A DNA stretch of 64,000 nucleotides, from contig NC_083450.1 in the NCBI RefSeq assembly GCF_020745735.1, forward strand, positions 10,785,883 through 10,849,882, in the 5' to 3' direction. The position numbers and the translations under genes were made by a program. Each line of letters starts with the position of its first letter. Position 1 is the stretch's first letter. The notes beneath the pieces were generated by a model. That model saw only the letters and a list, made by a program, of their open reading frames with translations. It was not told the origin of the DNA and did not search any database. Below, one piece after another: positions 1-9,839 of this stretch. The DNA is from Hemiscyllium ocellatum (taxonomy: Eukaryota).

Positions 1-93
1 TACTTCGTTCCTTAACTAACACGTCATAATTTATATAATTTAACCAGCTTCATTACGATTTCGAATGACAATTGTTGGGCAAAAGGCTGATGC

Positions 94-177
94 TTTATTC
101 AAAGATCAATTAACGAGGCTACATGAAATCTTGAAAAATCGGAATCTGAGCTTGTAGATGAACAGAGTGATTAGTTG
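94..177 (-). CDS. Candidate terminal exon of the VJ-C1 gene (phase-1 reading ATNHSVHLQAQIPIFQDFM*) with polyA signal
   Basis: Polypyrimidine tract and cgcag| acceptor at 178-179, a short open frame, and AATAAA on the minus strand at 94-99. Splicing and phase are not verifiable from sequence alone. Confidence 0.3.
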
Positions 178-862
178 CTGCGTTGACAAAAAAGAATCAT
201 AAAGGAACATAAGGTCAAACAGTGATAATGGGAGCACTAAAACTTAACGCAAGCACAGAATTTCAAAGCAGAGAAGTGATGGAGTGAATTAGGGGAATAT
301 AGTTTTAATCAAATTTGAAGCACAATGAACAGGCATAATTGTGATGTACCAAATGGAGATGGGACAAAGAGCACTCTTCAACCTCTATGGGAGAATGGAA
401 TGCATGAACAGATGCACATGTTGATAATTGAATCAAAGTGGTATTTGGGAGGAATCTTCTAGAGAATGCTGTTTTTAAGTTTTATATATTGTATTCACAA
501 ATTTGTTAAATTATGTTTTTTTTTCCATAATGTGAATATATGAAACACTGAACATTGCTCAAATGAATTAGGAAGGAAATTAGAAAAGTATGAATAGATA
601 ATTATTTTCCTGTTGTAATCAACCGAAATTCAGACTCCTGAATACATCATACTAATATAATACTACTACGAATGAGAATTGATGTGCTTCAACCGATAAA
701 CATCAAGAATGTTAAACAGCACAACATTGAGTATTTTGGAAGAAGTAAATACCCGAACGTTCATGCAAAGAATGAACTTTCAACCTCAATGATCATATTG
801 CTCACAATAAAGATTCATGTTGGAATTTAACATTAGCGTGAACTAATATAGTCAATATTTAC

Positions 863-1165
863 CTTTATGATATGAAACACGTTCGCTGACATGACTTGCA
901 GTTGCGTTGAGTTGAACTGAGCAAGCACACACATTGTTATTTTTCCAACCTTCTGCTGGGACTCTGATATGATTTCTGATATTATCTGCACCGGCGGAGT
1001 CTACTGTCACAGATTCTGTCCAACTCTCAGAATCCCAAGTGGAAATAGTCCAGTGGATACGAAGGGTGTCAGAGATCACGTTGCTCACCAAACACATCAA
1101 TGGCACAGTTTCCATAGAAAATGTTTCATGCGGCGGTGGGGATAAAAGAACTATGGTGGGAGAGT
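863..1165 (-). CDS. C1-set constant Ig domain exon
   Basis: Acceptor ctcatcag| after an 87-nt intron, donor G|gtaaat, 303 nt, phase 1-1. Translation DSPTIVLLSPPPHETFSMETVPLMCLVSNVISDTLRIHW...VPAEGWKNNNVCACSVQ fits the C1 pattern PxVxLLxP...LxCLV...W...WxxxxxxxCxV. Confidence 0.9.
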
Positions 1166-1252
1166 CTGATGAGATTGGGAGGTAAAATTAAATTATTGTT
1201 CAACATTGCCGATTATTGCTAGTGAATTCTGTAAATCTTTCTTTGTTCTTAC

Positions 1253-1591
1253 CATCTATGAGCAATCTCGACCCCTTTCCGAATTTGAAGGGGTTAAAGT
1301 ACGATGTCCTACCAGCACAGGAATACAGACCAGAATCATTTCTCTGGACATTGTGAATCACAAGCGTAGAATTATTCATATTATCATTAAATTCCCCAGA
1401 AAATCTCCCATCTGGATAGGAGATTCTCATCACCATGTAAACGAGTTGCAGATTTTCTCGCACTTTCTGTTTATACCAGTGAACACCTCCCACTGCAGAC
1501 CAGCCCGTGTAACAGTTCATCCTGACAGTGCTTCCAATCGAGACATGCTGAAATGCTGGAGTCTGCAGAGGCGCTGTTTGAGAGACGACAA
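1253..1591 (-). CDS. V-set Ig domain exon with germline-joined J segment
   Basis: Acceptor ttttcatag|, donor G|gtaag, 339 nt, phase 1-1. Translation VVSQTAPLQTPAFQHVSIGSTVRMNCYTGWSAVGGVHWYKQ...STLVIHNVQRNDSGLYSCAGRTSYFNPFKFGKGSRLLID has the B-strand Cys, WYKQ, DxGxYxC and the J-type FGxG motif in one open exon. Confidence 0.92.
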
Positions 1592-1744
1592 CTATGAAAA
1601 CAGGGCATATTAGAAGAAGTCAGCTTAGAGTGAAATAAGTACTATCACAACTTTAATGGTGTAAGTGAGAAAGTGACATCTTTTCCTCAATGACCATCAA
1701 TGGTATTTAAGAATTTGTAATTAAGGTTTAAACTTGAGTGAATA

Positions 1745-1945
1745 GCAGGAGAAATAAGAAAGGAACAAAGAAACAAAGGAAGAAAGAAAGGAAGAAACAA
1801 AGGGTGGAAAAAAGGGAGGAAGAAAGGAAGTAACAAAAGGACATAAGAAAGAAAAGAAAGAAGACAGGGAGCAAGGAAGAATGAAAGAAAGAAAAAAGAA
1901 AGGAAGAGAGTAGGAAAGAAAGAATGAAAGATGCAACGAAAGAAC
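1745..1945. repeat. GA-rich (GAAA/GGAA) low-complexity tract in intron 1
   Basis: Nearly pure purine run seen directly. It explains the spurious F/L/S-rich ORFs at 1687-2001. Confidence 0.9.
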
Positions 1946-2039
1946 CAAAATAAGAACGGCGTTTTGCTCACCACAAAACAAACGGTATACCAAACAGCCA
2001 CTTAATGCTTCACTTTACAGGATTTCCCATTGTTCTTAC

Positions 2040-2118
2040 CCCTCAACATAGAAATAAAGAATGTCGAACCTGATAAAAGATTGACAAGAGTACCGAGAGA
2101 TATGATATTCATTGCCAT
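2040..2118 (-). CDS. Leader exon of a non-rearranging VJ-C1 antigen-receptor-like gene (MAMNIISLGTLVNLLSGSTFFISMLR)
   Basis: ATG at 2118, 26 mostly hydrophobic codons plus 1 nt, then a G|GTAAG phase-1 donor that joins in frame to the phase-1 acceptor of the V exon. Confidence 0.7.
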
Positions 2119-2250
2119 GAGAGAAGTCAGACACATGCTCAAGTAAATTACTTGTGAAGCTAAAACCTGAGGTGTTATAAAGTTAACAGCTGTGGAAATG
2201 TTGTGCAGCAATTAAAAATAGCTAGATGGAAAGTACAAAATTGTTGGTTT

Positions 2251-2272
2251 CATCTGTGGGTTTCCTGTTTAC
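2251..2272. promoter_or_regulatory. Clustered E-box / RUNX-like / ETS / forkhead motifs upstream of the VJ-C1 gene
   Basis: catctgtgggtttcctgtttac contains CATCTG, TGTGGG, TTTCCTG (CAGGAAA on the minus strand) and TGTTTAC, about 130 nt upstream of the ATG. Confidence 0.4.
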
Positions 2273-3569
2273 TTGTTAGCGTCCACCTACACACCTATTT
2301 GCAAAGATCAGTCGATCAGCATGCAATTTCCTTTTTAATTTTTTTTAAATCACTCTAAGCGAGCACACTGTCTGTTCCATTCCCTCATGGGTCTGTCCTT
2401 GTTCCTCATCAACTTTCCCAGCCAAAAGAACATAGCTATTCCATAAATCAACAATGAAAAATCTGTTCTAGTGTCTGTGTCACAAATCATGTACATATTC
2501 ATGTGAACATGAAAGGGTAGTTTTTCAGCTAAGCTGGTAAAACTAAACATATGCTTGTTCTTTCAAGACATAGTAAGTATCACAAGGCTGACCATATCAA
2601 TAGGTGCTGGCTGTCTGTTTAATTTTCTTGGACAATATTTTTCGCATCATTGCAAGAAAAACTCAGACTATCAGTACGTTATTGATTGTTTGATGTTGTT
2701 TTATAGTAAGTCGTTATCAGGTGTATTATGTTAAAACAGTGTGATGTTTAGAATCTTTCCTACTTGCTTGTAAGTTACTGAAACAAATCTCGACCAGTAT
2801 TTTCCTTTTCGAAAGAATGTACCTGGTTTCAAAATTGATTTATTTTGTATAGTTGGGCGGAAATACTCGTTTTTTTAGCTTGTAGTATTGCGATAAACAG
2901 TATTAGAAATAGTCAATCATTTGTAATTTGAATTAGAAATGAGTTGATTGATCGTATTGAACCATAAGAGCATTTGTATGAAAAGATGTTTGTATTTGTT
3001 GCGCAGGTAGAGCGTTTACTTTTTGTTACTGTGTAAAATTAAGGGAATACATTATAAATTGCAATTGCTTGTTGTATTGGATTATGTCAAACAGTACGCA
3101 CGTAAGTGAAATGACAGATAATTAATTGTGTTCATCCCTTGTTTAATAAAATCAATGGATAGTTCCATTGACTGTGTTTTGAGATTTTTTTGGCTATAAG
3201 TTAGAGAATCCTTATCAACAACTAGACACAGAGTCATAAATTTATCATTTTTACTGTTTTCACCTTCATTTCAATAAAAGCTTTTCTTGTGAAAGAAAAT
3301 GCTGCTGACCATTATCTTAGAATTGAAAGTGATTATGGGAGCATAATTTTCCGATTAATTATTCATTCTAATTGATAATTACTTACTATTGTTTTGTATA
3401 TCGGGTTTTCTGACAACACCAACGGAATAAAGCAATGATTAATTATACAGTTACCCTAGAAGCACACGTAACCAACATTTTCCTCCATATATTTCAAAGT
3501 TGCACATTGCACTCTTTACTACTGCTGTGTATTCCATGCATTGGCAACTGTAGTTTTTTACCCCTAAGC

Positions 3570-4805
3570 ATGAATTACAGTCATAGAGTCAGAACGGTTT
3601 ACAGTACAGAAATAAGCTTTTCGACTGAACTTATCCATGCTGCCGAATTTTCACAATTGAACGAGTCCCATTTGCCTCCAGTTTGTCCATCTCCCTCCAC
3701 AGATATGCAATCCGTGTACTTACCAAATATTTATTCAATGATGCAATTCGATTGGCCCCCTCAACGACTTCTGGCAGACTGTTCCATACACTCACCATCC
3801 TCCGAGTCAAAACAAATGCCCACCCTGGACCCTTCCATACATTTCATTTCTCACCTTATACATTTACCTTTCAGTTTTAGACTCCCTGATCATGAGTAAA
3901 AGTTGTTAGCTATTTACCTTAGCTATGTTTCTTATGATTTTATACTCCTCTATATGGTCACCACTACTCTCCAGATGAAAAACGTCCCTACATATTCAGT
4001 CTCTCATTATAAGATTTGATTACATTAGAGTAGAGTCGATTAGATTAGATTAGATTAGATGAGGTTAGATTAGATTAGATTACTTACAGTGTGGAAACAG
4101 GCCCTTCGGCCCAACAAGTCCACACACGCTGAAGTGCAACCTAAACAGACCCATTCTCCTACACGTAACGCTACGGGCAATTTAGCATGGCCAACTCTCC
4201 CTAGCCAGCACATTTTTGGACTGTGGGTGGAAACCGGAACACCAGGAGGAAACCCACGCAAACACGGGTAGAATGTGCAAACTCTACTCAGTCAGTCGCC
4301 TGAGGCTTTTATTAATCAAAGCTTTCGGTCCTACATCATCTTTGTAAATCTTTTCTGCACTGTTTCTAGTTCAGTAATAAACTTTCATTCGTAGGTAGAT
4401 CAGACTGCACGCAGGACTCCAAATGTAGCCTTACTTATGCCTTATGCAGTTGCAACAAGATGTCACAATTCTATTCTCAATGTCTGACCAATGAAAGCAA
4501 GCATACTGAAAGCTCTATTCACCACTCTATCTGGCTGTGACTCCACGTTCAAGTAGCTATGAATCTGTACGTCTAGATCTATTTGTTCTATAACACTTCC
4601 TCAGGACCATACCATTGTCTGTGCAAGTCCTGCTTGGTTTGGTCGACCAAAATACAGAACATTGCATTCATGCAAATTAAAATCCATCTGCAATTTCTTA
4701 ACCAATTCGCCCAGGTGATCTAGGCTTAGCTGTGTTCCCTGATAACTTTCTACTTTGTCCACACTACCACCAACCTTGGTGTCATTTGCAAACTTAGTAA
4801 TGGTA
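3570..4805 (-). mobile_element. Decayed CR1 LINE 3' fragment, interrupted by a SINE
   Basis: ORF 4601-4840 gives TITKFANDTKVGG (FADD region), followed by typical CR1 3' sequence. Confidence 0.75.
4030..4305 (-). mobile_element. tRNA-derived SINE (shark HE1-like) with (TCTAA)n tail
   Basis: (TTAGA)n array at about 4037-4082; body matches the SINE copies at 17.4 kb and 41.9 kb. Confidence 0.85.
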
Positions 4806-5950
4806 CGTTTTAAATTTTTGTCCAAAGTTTCTGCTTCCATGACCTTTTCTCAAATATATTGTGGAAACATCGTATCAGTATCAAGCTGTGAAAGTACTTC
4901 ATATATACTAAATAGAACTTACATAGAGAATGTATTTACAATTGTTGTATATTTTATTCTTGTATATTTTATCCTTAGCCAATTGTGATATAATAGAATA
5001 TACACAAGCACACATGTTTACATTTAATTGCTCTATTTATATAGATATCATCACTTGGGAGAATATGTTTATAAGATATTTTTAATGGAATATGACAGCC
5101 AATGCACTTTTGAATGCACTCATAATAAAAAGTTAAAATGGATATTGCAGCACCTAAACAGAATGTCAATTCACAATTGATTGGGGATTAGTATGTAACG
5201 ATTGCATAAAGGAAAAGAAGCAGCTTAAATACGGACTATATTGAAAATGGCAGTTACATGGAAAAAATGGTAATTTAACATGTCAAATAAGACAGTGATT
5301 ATCAACATTATAGATGTTCTCGAATTGTGCACGTTAATAAATATAAGGCATAAAGACCCACAAGGATACCCATCATTAAGAAAGTCAATATTAATGCTCA
5401 TGAGAATCGCCACATTCACTTCAAACATTTGCCAAATTCGAAATTAACAGATAATTCAGCATATAATTTAAGAATTTCCCGTGTAATTCTCAAGCGGTTC
5501 ATAAAAATCAAAAATATAGAACATTTATATTCATATCTAATAACGTTTATATTAATCGCAATACCATATAAATTTTTCGATTATCCTGGGACAAAACGGT
5601 AATGGAAATTCTGTTAATGTTCATCATTCTATCAATGTCAATACTACGAATAATTTAATATATTTATGATAATACCGCATGGTAGTAATTCTCCACATGT
5701 GGCTGGAGTGTCTTGTTTCAAATGTCAAGGTGAGAAATCGTGTAAAATAAAAAAAAACACCATAACAGGATCTTGGTTGGATGTAAGACAAAGAACTGAT
5801 GATGTCCTTAAAAAACATATTGAAAGTATGAAAGAAATTACGCAAGGAAGTAGTAGAGCTAAAATAGTGCATCTAAAATCGTTAGTAAACAAGATTTTGT
5901 AGAATCCCACGGCTTTTTATACATGCATTAAACACAAGAAAGTAGTCATA

Positions 5951-6258
5951 TGGCACGGTCGTTCAGTGGTTAGCTCTGCTGCCTCACAGAGCCGGAGAAC
6001 CAGGTTCAATTCCTGTCTTGGTGACTGTGTGCAGTTTGCACATTCCTCATGTGTTTGCATGCGTTTCTGCCGGGTGCTCTAGTTTCATCCCACAATTCAA
6101 AAATGTTGGATTGGCTATGCTAAATTGCATCGAGAGTGAAGTGCAATTGTCAGAGGGACATGGGTCTGGGCGGGGGGTTGGCATGGACTTGTTGGGCCAT
6201 AGGGATGCTTTCACACTACAGGGAATCGAATCTAAAGTATAAGGAACCTAATCTAATC
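5951..6258 (+). mobile_element. tRNA-derived SINE
   Basis: tggcacggtcgttcagtggttagc...ggttcaattcc head resembling A/B boxes, same body as the other copies, tctaatc tail. Confidence 0.8.
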
Positions 6259-6880
6259 CACTCTAGGGCAAAGAACAGAATGTAGACTTAGAGTCCGAAG
6301 AGGTAGGTGTGGTCCTAAATGAATGCTTTGTGCCGTTGTTCTCCAAAGACAAGGGAGTGGTGGAGAGAGAGGAGTGTCGAGTTTCTAAGCTATGATCCTA
6401 TGAAAAAGGAAAATATGTTGAGATTCTTTACAGATATTAAGGCAGGTAAGTCCCTGGATGCTGATGGGATCTATCCCAGAATATTAAGGGAGGCAAGAGA
6501 CGAAATTGCTGGTGCACTGACAGACATTTTTGTGTCATCCTTGTCTACAGGTGAGATATCAGAGGACTGCCGATTAAACAATACTGTTCCATTTGTTAAG
6601 AAGCGTAACAGGGATAATTTGTTAAGAAGCGTAACAGGACTGTGAGTATCGCGTTGATGTTAGTAAATTATTGGAAAAGATTCTAAGGTACAATATATAT
6701 ATGCTTCAGAAGCAAATGTACTTCTTAGCAATAAGCTTTTGTGCGGGGGAGGTCGTGCATCAGTGACTTGATCGAGAGTTTTCACGAGGTGGCGAAGATG
6801 ATTGATGAAGTAAAAGTGGTTGCTGCTGTCATGGCAGAGTAGTAGAAAATATGAAGTCACACGGTATCTGGGGTGATCTG

Positions 6881-7055
6881 AGCTGAAAATGTGTTGCTGG
6901 TTAAAGCACAGCAGGTTAGGCAGCATCCAAGGAACAGGCCCGAAACGTCGAATTTCCTGTTCCTTGGATGCTGCCTAACCTGCTGTGCTTTAACCAGCAA
7001 TACATTTTCAGCTCTGATCTCCAGCATCTGCAGACCTCACTTTTTACACTAATCA
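6881..7055. mobile_element. Penelope pLTR-derived foldback insertion
   Basis: 58-bp inverted arms at 6881-6938 and 6956-7013 with one mismatch; flanked by the direct repeat ggggtgatctg (6870-6880 and 7056-7066). Confidence 0.8.
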
Positions 7056-7577
7056 GGGGTGATCTGGCAACATGGATTCAAAACTGGATTAGTCAAAAGG
7101 ATACGTTTTGGTGTGGAGGATTGTGACTAGTAGTGTTCCATAGGGATCAGTCCTGGGAAGTCTGCTCTTTGTGATCGACGTAAATGATTTAGAGAAACTC
7201 TTAGATAATCGAATTTGTAAGTGTGTGGACGATATGAGTCACTAGTGCATAGCCGATAGTGAGGAGGATTGTCAAAGGATACCGTACTATATAGGTAGTT
7301 TGGAGGTATGGACAGAAAAAAATGTCCGACCCAGTTTGAAGCAGAAAAATGGGACGTTAAATAGTTTGAAAGGCCAAGCACATGTGGAAATTATACAGTG
7401 AATGGCAGAACACCAAGTATCTGGGTTGCCCATTCGCAGATAACTGAAGGTAGCTGCCAGATATTAACATAGGCCGATCATAAGCTTGGAGAAAGTGTGG
7501 ACTGCAGATGCTGGAGATCAGAGCTGACAAATGTGTTGCTGGAAAAGCGCAGCAGGTCAGGCAGCATCCAAGGAGCA

Positions 7578-7620
7578 GGAGAATCGACGTTTCGGGCATA
7601 AGCCCTTCTTCAGGAATCAG
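7578..7620 (-). ncRNA. Minimal type I hammerhead ribozyme motif in a Penelope terminal repeat
   Basis: Minus strand reads GATTC-CTGAAGA-A-GGGC-TTAT-GCCC-GAAA-CGTC-GATTC: CUGANGA core, stem II, GAAA, palindromic ACGU helix III and a GUC cleavage triplet. Confidence 0.65.
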
Positions 7621-7869
7621 AGGAATCATACATTGGAATATGCAATGGGTATAAGGATAGATAAATTATGCTGCAACTTTACAAAATTTTGGATAGGCCA
7701 CACTTGGATTATTGCGTGCAGTTCTACTATTTTACCAGATCCTCGCCGAATCTGCTTCATTAAGTTTCCCCTTGGGCCTGCATATGAGGAATGCCCCTCG
7801 GCCTGCTGTGAATTTTACTGGCACGTTTGTTTGGCATTTTATTTTGTTTTTTTTTCCTTGTTTTGATAT

Positions 7870-8710
7870 TATTTCTGTTTTAGAGAAAAAAGGAGGGGAA
7901 CGACAGAGTTAAAGTATTGGCTGGCTGCGTGTTGTGTATTTGAGTTAACATGCTGAAACCTTTTTAAGGGAAAGAGGGAAAGATGATCTTGCAAGACAGC
8001 ATCCAGAAAGACCACAGACGTGGGGTTGAAGGGAGCATTAGAAGTCGACCTGAGCTAGCACGCTCCAAAGGGAAAGACGCAGTGGCAAGACAGAATTCGG
8101 CAAGAATGATTTCTAAATTCAGGTGACCTTGATTTATTGCCAGTTGCACCTGCGTCTGTTTGTCTTTATGTGGTGTTGTTCATTTGATTTTACAGGTTAT
8201 AGACTTGCGCAATGGACTGGTAACATTGCAATGGGAGTCGTGAGTTCCAAACACCTGGCAAAAAGGCTGCCCCCATGGACAAGTAAATCTTCTGTCGCTG
8301 AGCAGCGTAGCCAGAGTCTGTTTGCTGCCTTGAAGGACACATTGAAGTGCCGTGGTAAATATGTTTGGATCAAGAGCAAGGTAGGAGATACTTTGGTCCT
8401 GCGTGGTCCCCAGTCAATATTGTTTGAGAGGTGAAATATAGAAAGTGGTTGCTGCTTTTGTCATGTTCAAAAGAAAAGGAAAACTGGCCAGGGACAAAAA
8501 GCTGTTAGAAATGCTGATACAATTCCCGCTAATCAGCCACAAGATACTAGTGTGAGTTCTCAACGGGGTCCTTGTGTCGAGATGAATGGTGAAGGCTTTA
8601 TACCATTTCCAAATTTAGTACCAAACAACTTGCTTGCCCCAGAGTTAAGACAAATAAAACCCTATTTGGTAAACCCTGGACCCACTCTAAGGTCCGTGGC
8701 ATGCTTATAG
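7870..8710 (+). mobile_element. Possible gag-pro remnant of an endogenous retrovirus
   Basis: Decayed zinc-knuckle-like KRKGKLARD near 8470-8500 and protease-like YLVNPGPTL near 8663-8690; same orientation as the pol remnant downstream. Weak match. Confidence 0.3.
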
Positions 8711-8829
8711 ATGCCTCTATCCATGAAAGTGTCTGAACTTATTTTTATTTGGCTCGTATAAATCTGCAGTAAATATAGTTGCTTGCTTTTGGATGTCCAA
8801 ATTTGAAAGAATTTGGCATGCAGGACATA

Positions 8830-9006
8830 CTGTACTAAAAAGTGAGGTCTGCAGATGCTGGAGATCAGAGCTGAAAATGTGTTGCTGTTTAAAGCACAGC
8901 AGGTCAGGAAGCATCCAAGGAACATCAGGGCTCTGGCCCGAAACGTCGAATTTCCTGTTCCTTGGATGCTGCCTGATCTGCTGTGCTTTAACCAGCAACA
9001 CATTTT
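8830..9006. mobile_element. Penelope pLTR-derived foldback insertion
   Basis: Inverted arms at 8872-8924 and 8956-9008; 13-bp direct repeat catgcaggacata at 8817-8829 and 9007-9019. Confidence 0.8.
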
Positions 9007-9359
9007 CATGCAGGACATATTGGAAAACTATCAAAGACTCTGTGGTATTTTCAATGCAACTAATTCAAGTCACGAACAACATGCCTTGAAAATATTGTTA
9101 GAATTGCAAATGGAATGGCTGAGGGGTATTTAGCTTTTGCCCACTTGGTTAAGCAGCTGTGTGTTGCAGCAAGATTTATAAGGCTAAACTCCCTAAGTTT
9201 GATGACTTTCTACTGCGAAACACTGAACCACAATCAACGTTCAAGTAAAACCGAGTATGCCCACCAAACGCATGATCCGTATATGACATGCTCCATCCCC
9301 AATGGGGTTGATTGAGGCCAGCACATCCATTTGGGGCTGAAGCTAACTTAGATGCTCGC

Positions 9360-9807
9360 CCAGCGAGCACTGCTGAACAATGCTTCGCTGGAGCCCGGAT
9401 CAAGGATGTCTCAGAGAGGGAACACAATGTTCTCAAGGGGGAGAGGGGCCAGCAAAAGGTCTTTGCCCACATTGGAAACGACAACATAGGAAAAGAAAAC
9501 GTTGAGATTCTGAAGGGAGATTACAGAGAGTAAGGCAGGAATTTTTAAAAAAGAGGCCCTCGAGCGGAGCAATACCTGGATTACTCCCGGTGCTATGAAC
9601 TACTGACGGCAGAATAGGAGGATAGAGCATATGAATGCATTGCTGATGAGCTGGTGCATGGGAGAAGGATTCACATTTTGTGATCATTGGAATCTCTGTT
9701 GGAGTAGAAGTGACCTATACAGGCATATGGGAGTGCACTTAAATTGGAAAGATACTAATATAATGCCAGAGAAATTTGCTAGAGCTGCTGAGGAGGATGT
9801 AAACTAG
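9360..9807 (+). mobile_element. Decayed CR1 ORF1 (esterase) fragment
   Basis: CFAGARIKDVSER...VFAHIGNDNIG is homologous to the ORF1 at 19.8 kb; ends GTA AAC TAG. Confidence 0.8.
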
Positions 9808-9839
9808 TGGGATGGTTCGGGGTGGTCGTGGTGATGTAT

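Larger units (their letters stand above)
6300..7815 (+). mobile_element. Heavily decayed CR1 ORF2 fragments with nested Penelope-derived insertions
   Basis: KSLDADGIYPRILREARDEIAGALTDIF...VPFVKK (ORF 6319-6645) is CR1 RT-upstream sequence. Confidence 0.75.

Noticed and set aside
660-790. TCR-TM-like words (R...K...FNIL..YRL; TFGYLLLPKYSMLCCLTFLMFIG) downstream of the C1 exon
   Set aside because: No phase-1 acceptor gives an open frame, stops flank them, and the spacing does not match TCR TM motifs.
1687-2001. Very hydrophobic ORFs that look like membrane proteins
   Set aside because: They are translations of the GA-rich intronic tract.
4037-4082. (TTAGA)n array resembling a telomeric repeat
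   Set aside because: It is the SINE 3' tail and is not TTAGGG.
5666-5902. ORF with CFKCQGEKSC resembling a Ly6/uPAR start
   Set aside because: The remaining cysteines are missing and there is no supporting exon structure.
5951-6030. tRNA-like A/B box heads
   Set aside because: They are SINE 5' ends without a full cloverleaf, so not tRNA genes.
8196-8354. Symmetric phase-1 exon-like segment (tttacag|...G|gtaaat)
   Set aside because: No recognisable protein; it lies in what looks like retroviral gag debris.
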